From NCBI GenBank assembly GCA_030390025.1, contig CM059432.1:51586001-51650000 (forward strand): a stretch of DNA of 64,000 nt, given 5' to 3'. The notes below the pieces were generated by a model that was not told where the DNA came from, did not search any database, and saw nothing but the letters and a program-made list of their open reading frames with translations. The DNA comes from Squalus acanthias. Its lineage: Eukaryota. Position 1 is the stretch's first letter. Every line of letters begins with the position of its first letter. This document shows positions 11,207 to 22,463 of the stretch, piece after piece. The position numbers and the translations under genes were made by a program.

Positions 11207-14200
11207 GCCTGGCAGCAAGTGGTTTGTGCAGAAGCCTTGAGGTCAGGAAAAAGTCCTTCAGCACCTGCCACACCACTCCCTGTCATCATTTACAACTTGA
11301 AACAACTATAGGAAGTACCAAACATGTGTAGACGTGTACCAACAGCCAGAAGAAATCAACCAGCAACTAACCTGTAAGTATTTGATGATTCCTTTAAATA
11401 GCACTGGTGTGGGGGTCCTTCCTCCTGCTGAACACATGTTCAGCTGTGCGAGCTTGAGAGGGCGTTGGCTGGAGTGTGGAGCTCCAAAATGGCAGTGCTG
11501 ATCTGCCTGCTCTGCATAATTCTGGGGGACGCTTACTGCTCACCCACTAACGCCTTACCAATATGGCGTCCAGTGCGATTTGTCCCACAAGTGTGCGCAC
11601 GTGCCGCGGACACCATTTTGGACCTCTAAGGGCACTCATAGCGTCCAAAAAACTGGCGCTACAGATCCAGATTTTGCGCCCAATTAGTTTAACAATAGAA
11701 TTTTACTGAACATAGCTTCACTTTCTTTGAGAGGCAGATAAAAGAGAATAACAAGGTGGTAACGGGTATCAATGCCAGAATTGGAAAAAGCTTCAGGTGC
11801 CTTCAAGTCTACCACAAATATATGAAAAAATTCAGAACTGCAGCGTAGAATGTAACATCTGATTATCTAATACTGATATTTGTTTTGGTTTTGGAATATA
11901 ACACAGGGTGCTTACAATAGAATAATAGTTGAAATAAACCTAGAGGTGTCAGCTGACTTGTCGTTCATCAGCCCTGATATTTACGGGAAGGCAGGGAGGG
12001 GTTGGGGGGAGATGTAGCCGCTGGGAAACTCGGAATTAATTTTACAAGAATGATTTTTATTAAAAGGTTCATGAGGAAAACTTAATGTGATTATTGCAGT
12101 ACCGAGATCTCTTGATAGTTTTAAATTTCATTAGATGCTTTTACTACCAGGTCTGGTAAGAATTGTCACAATTCAAAAGCAAAATACTGCGGATACTGGA
12201 AATCTGAAATAAAAATTGCCGTTTGTTTTATTCTGAATAATAGCTGACATGCCATTCATTTTAATAAAATGCTCTCTACTTTTCGTTTTATGTTATTCAC
12301 TCTTTTCTGAGAGTACAAGTCCCTTTTTCTAGTTATGGAACACTGTGGGGGTGAAATTGGTCGACAGCAGTAGCGCAAAGCAGGCTTGTAGCGAATTGGT
12401 AGCCTGTTTTACACCAAACACAATCTTCTTTTCTATTGGCTACCGATTCGCTTTGAGCCCATATCACGCTACTGTTCCGTTGCTTGTGTGCACTACTGTT
12501 TTTAAGGATACAGGTGTGTTTGAATCTTAGGTGACCTGAATTGGCCAAACTTGGATATTCCCTAAATAAGATAGAAGGATTGATGGAAATTGCCTTTAAT
12601 CTAAAGTGCTGTTCCCATTAAATTGTACTTAATCTTTAGAGAGAGGGAACTTGCATCTATTTAGAGCCTTATCACGTCTCTCAGGCTGTCCCAAAGTGCT
12701 TTTACATGCAATGAAATACTTTGACGTGCAGACAATGGATGTCAGCCGAAATTTCCAGGCTGCTTCTAGGCTTTCTAAGCTGTCTGCTGTCATAAAGTTG
12801 AACATGTTGTATAGGGTGGAGACGAGTTCTTCTAGTATCTGCAATAATTCCTGCCTTGATGTCAGTGAAATAGTTCAATCCGCATAAGGTAAAAACTTCA
12901 GTCAGCTGCTAAAACCAGGTGCTGACCTAAATGTGATGAGGCCCTCTGACACCAGATTCTGAATCTACTAATGGCAAACATTACTAGGAGTTCTGCAATG
13001 TGCCAGTGGGGAGAGAGTTGACATATGCAGGAGTGTCTTCAACAAGCAGCAGACCTCCTTCTAGGGCTGTCAACCTGCGGAGTGCGTCTGATCCTCCACC
13101 AACCTTTTCTAATGGTCTCTGAAGTGAAAGTGGCACAGGGGGTAATGTTAAGGGGGAAGGATTGGTTTCCATGCCCTATCAGGAATTTTCTGGTAATGTT
13201 CCAGATGGCAACTCCTCGGAGGTCATTTCTTTTTATAGTTTCCGACATCCTTTGTGCAATAACACAAAAAATCACAACAAAGTGCCACACGGTAATTATT
13301 ATCAGCTGTCGTATCTATTTCCAGCTATAGTTAAAGCTATAATTGATGTTCACACCAGTGTTTTTTAGCACATTTTTGTAGTTTGTCTAGCTCAATAATG
13401 TTGACACAAAAATACAGGCCTAGAAATATCAAGATCACTAAAAACCTGCCGGTGCCACCACGGGACGGAGTTAATGGCTGCCGAAATTGATGGCGCTGGC
13501 AGGACCGGTAAATTGCCATTAGTTGCTAATTAACATTAGCCCAGCATTGAATTTACCATGCAAGACCTATGTCGTGACGTTAGTCCTGGCAGGAGGGCCA
13601 ATGTAGTGTGGTCATAGTGTCATTGCAACAAGAATAGCCTTCTCTTAAAGCAAGGCTGTCATTTTAGAGAGCAGTTCAGGCCCTTAAAGGGGAACTGCCT
13701 TCTAAAATGAAAAAATAGAAAGCATTTAAAAATAGGCAGTTGTAAGCCCTTACAGCTCAACTGCCTTCTAAAATAAATTAAGGTAAAAAGAAGTCCCAAC
13801 TAGGAGTCTTCAGCTCTTAAAGCTGAATTGCCTTCTGTGCCTAAAAAAAATGGGAAAAGTGATTCAGCACTAACACAAATGGCTCAGCAAGCCAGGGAAG
13901 GGGCACCCAGGGTCTCGCACACAGTACTCCAGCTTTGTGCAGGGGGTCAACACTGCAAGAGAGGCCCTCTACCCACAGGGGCCAGGAGGCCCTCCAGAAA
14001 GAACAATGTGGGACCAGATCACCGAGGCCGTCACTGCCAGCAGTATTGCCCCCACCACCTGGCTCCAGTGCCCAAAGAAGCTTCATGACCTCAGACCAGT
14101 GATCAAGGTCAGTGAATGCATCCTCAAAAGCTGTCTTCTACCAACTGCACCACTCGCTTCACACACTGCTCAATGCACAACTCCCCCCACACCCCCGCCC

Positions 14201-14574
14201 AATCACTCACCTACCAACAATCTGTACCAAACCAAAGGCACACCTCCCATTCCTAGTTTCACCTCATCCCCTTGGAGGAGATGGTGCTGGCCATTCTTGG
14301 CCTAGCTGAGCACTTGGCCAGCGGCGGAACTGAAAGGATACAAGGTGCTGGTATCCTCATACTTGCATGCACCTCTTCGTTTCCCGCCCTCCCCTCACCA
14401 CAACTCTACCCTTATGCCTTGCTCATTTCACACACCCAAGAAATGCAGCCTGCCCAGCCAGTGGTTGGCCAAGAAGAGGGAGAGGAGAGTGAAGAAGAAG
14501 GAGAAGAAACACCATCACATGATTTCACACTCATAGCCACCAGGGTGGTGAGTTGATTTCTTGATGTCATATTG

Positions 14575-15047
14575 AAAGAAAGAAAGACTTGCATTTATAT
14601 AGCGCCTTTCACGACCACCGGACGTCCCAAAGCGCTTTACAGCCAATTAAGTACTTTTGAAGTGTAGTCACTGTTGTAATGTAGGAAACACGGCAGCCAA
14701 TTTGCGCACAGCTAGCTCCCACAAAGAGCAATGTGATAATGACAGATAATCTGTTTTTGTTATGTTGATTGAGCAATAAATATTGGCCAGGACACCAGGG
14801 ATAACTCCCCTGGTCTTCTACTAAATAGTGCCATGGGATCTTTTACATCCACCTGAGAGAGCAGACAGGACCTCTGTTTAATGTCTCATCCAAACAACAG
14901 CACCTCCAACAGTGCAGTACTCCCTCAGTACTGCACTGGATTGTCAACCTAGATTTTTATGTGCTCCAGTCTCTGGAGTGGGGCTTGAACCAACAACCAT
15001 TCTGACTCAGAGGTGAAGGGTGCTACTAACTGAGCCACAGCTGACAC
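14575..15047 (-). mobile_element. Full-length Deu-domain tRNA-SINE
   Basis: Head TGTCAGCTGTGGCTCAGTTAGTAGCAC at about 15045, Deu core, L2-like tail ending (TCTT)n at 14575. Confidence 0.9.
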
Positions 15048-15336
15048 TATTGGATGGATAGATAGATGTATAAAGTTTAATTGGAAAGTTTGCTTTGTGG
15101 TGGCTGTTATTTCAGCATTGTGGCCAAGAGGATACTGTGATGGTTAGTAACAGAGGGAAGGTAAGATGTGGCACAAATGTTGAAAGGGAATTGAGGTTGT
15201 GGTCACTGGTATCGCAGGTAGATGATTCCATCTGAAATATCCCGGCCAGAAAGGGGCTGCCTGGGTTGCATCTTCCTTCTACTTCCTTCTCTTCTGCTTC
15301 CTCCTCTTCTGTGTCTTCCTCTTCCCTCTGCGAGAG

Positions 15337-15476
15337 GATGCTGTAAATCTGAAATAAAAGCATAAAATGCTGGAAATACTCAACAGGTCAGGCAACATCT
15401 CGACCTGAGATGTGAACTCTGTTTCTTTCAGCATGGATTCTGCCTGACCTGCTGAGTATTTCCAGCATTTTCTGTC
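15337..15476. mobile_element. Penelope-like element fragment in inverted arrangement
   Basis: 31-bp inverted arms 15364-15394 and 15441-15471 (1 mismatch); same sequence as PLE end 41248-41343. Confidence 0.7.
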
Positions 15477-16332
15477 TTCGCAGAGGCCTTCCTTTACCAT
15501 CCGAGGCCTTGCAAGCATCCAGCAGCACTCCCTGTACAATTAAAAAACTTTTAACATATATTGCACAAAACAACTACTTCATTAAAATGTATAAACATCC
15601 AGTCCAAAAGCTTAAATACCTGAAAGATGTGTGTGTCCTTTTAAAAGTCCTGACAGCGTCTCAGTCAGTCTGCTACACACTCGCTTGTTCGGAGCGAGCT
15701 TAGGACCCAGCGCTAAACTCAGCGCTGAGGTCCAAGTTCGCACAGCGTGATGTTAAGTCGGCATTGCTTGCCGACTGACATCACGTTCTCCATATTTGCA
15801 TCTCCAGGGCCAGCGCTGCTATTGGCAGCATTATTGCCCTCACCAAAATGGCGGCCGCCGGGTACCGTGCCAGAGAAGGGCGTTAGAGTGGCAGCCACCA
15901 TTTTTTTCCAAGATTGCAGCGGTAACTCGTGGCGGTAGTAGCCCAATTTCTGAGCCAAAGTATTTTGCCTGAACACTGACTGCTTGTGGTATTATACGGC
16001 ATCACGCAGGAGTCTCTAGGTTTACATAATGCCATAAAACCCTCAAATGGAATTAGTATCTTTAAAACAATGAAGTGCATGTACGGGCAGATAGGGGAAG
16101 CTTTGTCACAAAGTGTATCAAACAGGCTATCTGGTTAAAGAGACAGCAATAAAGGAGGTAAAGAAAGCAACTACTCGCATAATGTTTCTTCTCCTAGTTT
16201 CTATCTGGCTGGCTATCATTCCAATTTTGCAATTTTTTTTTCTAACTCCAATAACAATACCATCTGCAGTTCAAGCTTCCAGCAACAATTATAAATCATT
16301 CAACTGTATTCCCTAAATGTATATATATACAT

Positions 16333-16760
16333 TTGGCACCCCATCCACCACCTTAAACATTCACTCCCTCCACCACCGGCACACCGTGGCTGCAGTGTGT
16401 ACCATCTACAAGATGCACTGCAGCAATTCGCCAAGGCTTCTTCGGCAGCACCTCCCAAACCCGCGACCTCTACCACCTAGAAGGACAAGGGCAGCAGGTG
16501 CGTGGGAACACCACCACCTCCAAGTTCCCCTCCAAGTCACACACCATCCTGACTTAGAAGTATATCGCCGATCCTTCATCGTTGCTGGGTCAAAAGCCAG
16601 TAACTCCCTTCCTAACAGCACTGTGGGAGTACCTTCACCACACGGACTGCAGCGGTTGAAGAAAGCGGCTCACCACCACCTTCTCGAGGGCAATTAGGGA
16701 TGGTCAATAAATGCTGGCCTTGCCAGCGACGCCCACATCCCATAAACGAATAAAAAAAAA
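16333..16760 (+). mobile_element. CR1/L2-group poly(A)-tailed LINE, 3' fragment
   Basis: GTPSTTLNIHSLHHR...LLEGN, AATAAA and A-tail; nearly identical to 25400-25830. Confidence 0.9.
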
Positions 16761-17015
16761 TATTCTTACTATCTCTTCCATTGTAATAACACTCAAATAC
16801 CTATAGATCAGTGCTACTTCTCATGTGGCCCACTCCCTTTCACCATGGACCCTTCCCTAGGCGGTTCTGGGTCTCTATTATGACTGTCAGCTACGGGAAG
16901 TAAAAGAAATTTGGGATTCATTTCAATTCAAGAAGGTTCTATAAAGGGTGAGCTATCCGCTGCACCAGATTACCACCCAGGCGGTGAAGGTGAAAATTTA
17001 CCCCACGGACATAAA

Positions 17016-17653
17016 GGGCTCGATTTTGTCATTGGGGTGGGCTGGGGTCGTGTCATCCGCTTTTCGTGTTAGCCACCCGACTCCAATTGGATGTGGGAGA
17101 ATTATGTGCTTTTCCCCTAATTGGGCAATTGAGTTCCAGCATGTGGGAACCCATGACCCAATTAGTGTTTTCAGTATGAAAGTCGCCTCTGATGATGTCA
17201 TCATTGCTGCTGCATTTAAGGTCTGCAAAGACTGGGAAGCTTTTGGCCTTTGGTGTGAGAGGGACCTGGAGGCAAAATGAGCAGCAGGAGACCTAAGTCT
17301 GCTCCCAGATTTTTTTTTACCACCAGCACCACCACCACCACAACAATGGTTATGACTGCTAGAAGTTCCCCCAGAATGATGATTGATCAAATCTCCTTCT
17401 TAATGGTGGACCTGCAGCTGATAATCAGCAATCCAAGTGTGCTACCGGCAGGTTTCACCGTCATGTTTCAGAGGAGGCGTGCATCACATCGGAAAAGTGT
17501 TAAAATCAGAAAGGCCTCACGGAGACGGGATCAGAAACCACACATTTGGGAAAATTGCTTGGAGGCGGGGTCGGGCCCGCCCACCATTTTTTGCAATTTT
17601 AACACCCCACACGCCTCCATTCCTGCCTCCTCGGACCTGGCAAAATCGAGCCC
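17016..17653. mobile_element. Harbinger MITE, deletion derivative of the 27278-30438 family
   Basis: Perfect 13-bp TIR GGGCTCGATTTTG / CAAAATCGAGCCC, TSD AAA; holds Myb start MSSRRPKSAPRF fused to the opposite end. Confidence 0.9.
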
Positions 17654-17656
17654 AAA

Positions 17657-18364
17657 GGCTCCGATCTTGACTGGGGAGGGTTGTCCTAGCGGGGTGGAGG
17701 AGTTGTGGTCAGGCGCATGCCGTGGAGTTTTATCTTCACAGTGTGCGTCATTTTTCCCTAGCAAGTTCCCCGCCCAGAAGCCAGCCTGATTGACAGGCTT
17801 TGACTCCCTGTCAGGCATAGAACGCACCGGAGGAGGCCAGAGGCTAGGAACAGATAGGGAGCCTGCTGCTGGGATAGTGATAGCATTGGGGGTGGTGGGG
17901 GAGGGGGGCCAAATCTTGGATGTGGAGGTCCGATCCTGGGAGGGTGGTTTCGGCAATCTTGGGTGGGGTGGGGTGTTGCCGATCGTGGGGGTGGTTGGTG
18001 AAGCATGTAAGCTTGGTGGGCCAGGGGATGGTGGGGGGAAGCACTCCTGCTCCTCCTGGCTCACAAACAGTCCTGGAAAGGCACTTACCTCTTCCATGCA
18101 GCAGTCTTCGTTCCCCCCCCCCCCCCCCCACTTTAGCTGCCTTGTTTCCCAGAGGCCCGGCAGCTAAAGTGGTTAAACATGGAAAACAGATAAAATTTGA
18201 GGCACACAGCATCATTATAATATTTAAATGGTCAACCCACCTCCTGCGAGTGGGTTGGTTGCCCACCCCCAGACCCATTCTCCCGGGTTTCCTGACCACC
18301 TTGGAGCCCCATCCCCCCCCCCCCCCCTCGCTCCCATCCCGCCTTCCCCATTAAAATTCAGCCC
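17657..18364. mobile_element. Harbinger-type MITE abutting the previous one
   Basis: Starts GGCTCCGATCTTGA, ends TTAAAATTCAGCCC; shares blocks with 33798-34627 and 48871-49702. Confidence 0.65.
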
Positions 18365-18555
18365 TTTGTATCTGTTTCGCACAATTACCCAGTTTGGCAT
18401 TTCTCCAAGCTGGATATTATGAGAATGAGAGTCCCAGACACTGAATGCCAATTAATTGCATTTAATATCAGTTATTCACTTGCAGCATTGTCCGTGGTCA
18501 GAATGTAAGCTTGAGTAGGAGTACTTGATGTACAGTTAGTCAGAGGTCAGTTATA

Positions 18556-19338
18556 TCATAGAATCATAGAAATTAGGACACAGAAGGAGGCCATTCGGCC
18601 CATCTTGTCTGTGCCGGTCAAAAAAGAGCTATCCAGCTTAATCCCACTTTCCAGCTCTTGGTCCGTAGCCTTGTAGCACTTCAAGTGCATATCCAAGTAC
18701 TTTTGAAATGCACTGAGGGTTTCTGCCTCTACCATACTTTCAGGCAGTGAGTTCCAGACCCTCACCACCACCCTCTGGGTAAAAAAAGTTCCCTCAACTC
18801 TCCTCTAATCCTACTTTAAATCTATTCCCCCTGGTTATTGACCTCTCTGCTAAGGGAAATAGATCCTTCCTATCTACTCTATCTAGGCCCCTCATAATTT
18901 TATACACCTCAATCAAGTCTCACCCCAGCCTATCCAATCTTTCCTCATAGCTAAAATTCTCCAGTCCTGGCAACACCCTCGTAAATCTCCTCTGTACCCT
19001 CTCTAGTGAAATCACATCCTTCCTGTAATGTGGTGACCAGAACTGTACGCAGTACTCTAGCTGTACCTAAGTAGTGTTAAATACAGTTCAAGCATAATCT
19101 CTCTGCTCTTATATTCTATGCCTCGGCTAATAAAGGAAAGTATCCCGTTTGCCTTCTTAACCACCTTGTCTACCTGTCCTGCTACCTTCAGGGATCTGTG
19201 GACATGCACGCCAAGGTCCCTTTGTTCCTCTACACTTATCCCACCATTTATTGTGTATTCCCTTGCCTTGTTATCCCTCCCCAAATGCATTACCTCATTT
19301 GGAGAGGGCTAACAAGGCAAGGGGATACACAATAAATG
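18556..19338 (-). mobile_element. CR1 LINE 3' fragment with a foldback inversion at its 5' junction
   Basis: (TCATAGAA)n tail at 18556; RT C-terminal ORFs 19057-19290 and 18556-18771; 43-bp inverted copy at 19296-19338. Confidence 0.9.
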
Positions 19339-20542
19339 TAAGAGATAGAGGTGACTAAAACAATGAGAAATAGAGAACCTTGGAGGTAAAATAGATTAAA
19401 CTTCCCCAAAAGGCCTCTTGAAAAACTGGCAAATGTACTACTGCCCTGTAAATTAAGTATCATTTAACAAATTGATATCCGCAGGCAATTTCTTTTGTAT
19501 TTTATAAGTACAGTACTTTGAAGTCAGTAATTAAAATTTAAGTAAAATTGTCTTGCATTGAAGGTAATAGTGTTAAAATATTGACCCGCCCCAGGGTCTC
19601 AGCAGTAATTGATAGTGTGCTGGGAATATGCCAAACACCATTGATTTGTAGCATTACTGAAGAGCAGAGAGTACATTTGGAAAACAGAGGTACATTTTTG
19701 AGGATTCTTACCTCATTGGCAGACATTAAAAAAAATAGTTTTCCCTTTTTGCCAATTGACTACAATTACATAGGAGTCATTTGGGAAGGATTTCTGTTAA
19801 TAACAGTTCTTGTTAGAAGATGATAATCTTGATTACAGTTTGAAATGGAATTCGCAGAAACTGTCACCCATTGAAAGTTAGCAGTATTTCATGACAAACT
19901 ATCCAGTAAGAGAAAATTAAACCAGCTCAGAAAAATAAACTTTAAAAACCCATAAACAGGATCCCACTCCTCACCTCAGTAAAAATACAGCATAGACCTT
20001 AGTACTGGAGTTAGGACCTTGGCTGAGTCACCTGGAAATCTATCCTGTATATTATTATAAGTTGTGACTTGCAACAAATTAAGACTTTTGCATTCCCTAA
20101 TCTACTGATGTCAACAACAATTAAGCACGTACATTTGTCAATTTAATAACAATGTTTCAAGCCCAACTAGTTTTTAGATTTGAATCGATGCTGTGGTGAT
20201 ATAATCTAAGTCTATAGGTAGAAAATTATATAACAGCAAGCAACTATCATGGTATTTATATATAGCAAGAATTTATGGATATATTTCTAAATCTTACCTT
20301 ACAAAAATATATAAATTTTGATCTTTTGGTAAAAACTTTAGATATTTGGAGGAAGCATTCCTCTGGTGGCTATGTGGTAGCAACATGAATCACAAGCTAA
20401 GTTCAAAGAAGGTTATTTAGTCGTTTGATCTCATCCCTCCAGAAACCCAAGATCACAAGAAAGGTTTCGTTAGTTTTGGATGAATTCTTGTATGATTTTG
20501 CCAGAAATGGCAAACATGAAACCTTCCTGCAATGTTTACAGC

Positions 20543-21020
20543 AACAACAACTTGCATTTATATAGTGCCTTTAATGTAACAAAATGTCCCAAAGCGCTCC
20601 ACAAGAGCGTTATCAATCAAAATTTGACACTGCGCCACAGAAGGAGATATCAGGACAGATGACCAAAAGCTTGGTCAAAGAGGTAGGTTTTAAGAAGCAT
20701 CTTAAAGGATGAAAGAGAGGTAGAGAGGCACAGAAGTTTAGGGAGGGAATTCCAGAGCTTAAGGCCAACACAGCTGAAAGCACGGCCGCCAAAAGTAGAG
20801 CGATTAAAATCGGGGATGCGCAAGATGCCAGAATTGGGGGAGCGCAGAGATCTCGAAGGCTGGTAGGGCTGGAGGAGGTTACAGAGTCAATTCCATGGAG
20901 GAATTTGAAGACAAGGATGAGAATTTTAAAATTGAGGCGTTGCCGAACCGGGAGCCAGTGTAGGTCAGCGAGCACAGGGCTCATGGTGAACGGGACTTGG
21001 TGCGAGTTTTGGGTGAGCAC
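20543..21020 (-). mobile_element. L2 LINE 3' fragment
   Basis: SPVLADLHWLPVRQRLNFKILILVFK (ORF 20613-21020), then L2 3' UTR and (TTG)n tail. Confidence 0.9.
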
Positions 21021-21483
21021 AAGTTTATGTTGTTATTACCTTGTCACTAAAACATATGAAACCTTTCTGCAATGTTTACCATATCACTAACATAGGGCCA
21101 GAAGAAATCATCCCCATTGGGGGGTAATTTTATCATTGGGTGTAATTTTAAACTAACTCACACTCACACCTCCTGCCTATTGTCTGCCGAAAATGAAAAT
21201 CATCCCCATTGTCTCCTTAGGGCAAAGGAGATAAGAAAGGAGAAAGATGAGACACTTGGAGGCACAAGGGACTTGCATTTGAATCTTGCTAATTAGTTGG
21301 GGATTTACAAGATAAAAGAAGTTTAGATAAATTTTGATTTTGTTTAATCAAAAATATTGCTTAATCACATATCAGAAAATTTTAGGTTATTGCATGTTGA
21401 ATAGTGCTGCTGAGGGGGTGCAAGTTATAAATCCCTGTGAAATTTAATAGGTACTATATATAAAAATAAGAAAAAATGACTAA

Positions 21484-21905
21484 AGAACTTACATTTATAT
21501 AGCACATTTCACGACCTCAGGACATTCCAAAGTGTTTTAAAGCCAATTTTTTGACGTGTAGACACTGTTGTAATGTAGGAACTGTGGCACCCAATTTGCA
21601 CATAGCAAGGTCCCACAAACAGCAATGAAATAAATGACCAGATCATGTTTTAGGTGTAGTTTGAGGGATAAATGTTGGCCAGGACACCGGGAGAATTCCC
21701 CTACTCTTCTTCAAAAAGTGCCCGTTGGATCTTTTACATCCACCTGAGAGGGCAAACGGGAACTCAGTTTAACATCTCATCCAAAAGACGACGCCTGCGA
21801 CAGTGCAGCACTCCCTCAGTAGTGCACTGAAGTGTCAGCCTAGATTATGTGGCTTGAACCTTCTGGCTCAGAGGCAAGAGTGCTATCGCTGTGCCAAGGC
21901 TAGCA
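21484..21905 (-). mobile_element. Deu-domain tRNA-SINE
   Basis: Collinear with 14575-15047. Confidence 0.88.
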
Positions 21906-22230
21906 CACAAGCAGTACTAATATATTTAGTATCATTGTGTCAGGCTGCATATTTCTGTTTAAAAAAAAAATCAATTTACAGTACCACAGCATGTCTTTAG
22001 AAAAAGTTTGAATGCTTATATTTTGTGAGGTTATTAACATAACAATATGCTGAATTATGGAGACATGCTGGGCAAGCTCATTTTTCTCTTTGACCTTCAA
22101 ATTACACGAAGGTGCGTAGATTAATGTTTGCAGTTCCTTTGTTGTTTATTTTAACAGAGGTGTTAAACTAAATGGGTCAATGTTGTCATTAAAATAATGG
22201 ACAAAAGATTTGTACAAGTATTTGTGTTTG

Positions 22231-22463
22231 TCGTGAATCTTTGGAATTCTCTTCCCCAGAGAGCTGTGGAGGCTGGGTCATTGAATATATTTAAGGTGGA
22301 GATAGACAGATTTTTGAACGATAAGGGAGTGAAGGGTTATGGGGAGAGGGCAGGGAAGTGGAGATGAGGCCAAGATCAAATCAACCATGATCTTATTGAA
22401 TGGCGGAGCAGGCTCGAGGGGCCAAATGACCTACTCCTGCTCCTACATCTTATGTTCTTATGT
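22231..22463 (+). mobile_element. CR1 3' end
   Basis: VVNLWNSLPQRAVEA..GKW and (TTCTTATG)n tail. Confidence 0.88.

Larger units (their letters stand above)
8091..11681. mobile_element. PIF/Harbinger DNA transposon, near full length, two convergent genes, inactive
   Basis: Imperfect TIRs GGGGGCTAAAT / ATTTTGCGCCC, TSD AAT (8088-8090, 11682-11684); Myb/SANT-like gene on + and DDE transposase on -. Confidence 0.93.
13417..15956. mobile_element. Deleted Harbinger related to 8091-11681 (Myb remnant on +, transposase ends on -)
   Basis: TIR-like GGCCTAGAAAT / ATTTCTGAGCC; MAQQAREGAPR...QCPKKLHDL at 13879-14110; 15050-15330 matches 9960-10190. Confidence 0.8.
7900..16940 (-). pseudogene. Candidate fragmented env-like gene plus integrase C-terminus of an ancient LTR retroelement/ERV (pieces between younger insertions)
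   Basis: Minus-strand order: GPY/F-like module (16897-16289, split by a LINE); signal-peptide-like MRVVAFFTSFIAVSLT from ATG 16180; NIT/NQS/NIT sequons and Cys (about 13300-13100); WCQR|GLITF junction (12954-12929); amphipathic LTSRQELLQILEELVSTLYNMF; TM-like SIILLVLIFMAI*LLV (8062-8015). Many stops and frameshifts; not verified by search. Confidence 0.45.

Noticed and set aside
10092..11218. Domesticated HARBI1 host gene
   Set aside because: Lies within TIR/TSD-bounded transposon beside a Myb gene, is frameshifted and has degenerate motifs
13025..13368. Plus-strand ORFs as host exons
   Set aside because: No recognisable domain or splice context; the minus strand gives a more coherent, though unproven, env-like reading
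17277..18451. Cluster of 100-190 aa ORFs
   Set aside because: Overlapping on both strands in GC-rich MITE DNA; only the first 12 codons at 17277 resemble a Myb start
19975..20031. Possible 57-nt minus-strand host exon with AG/GT ends
   Set aside because: Stop codons in all three frames; no partner exons
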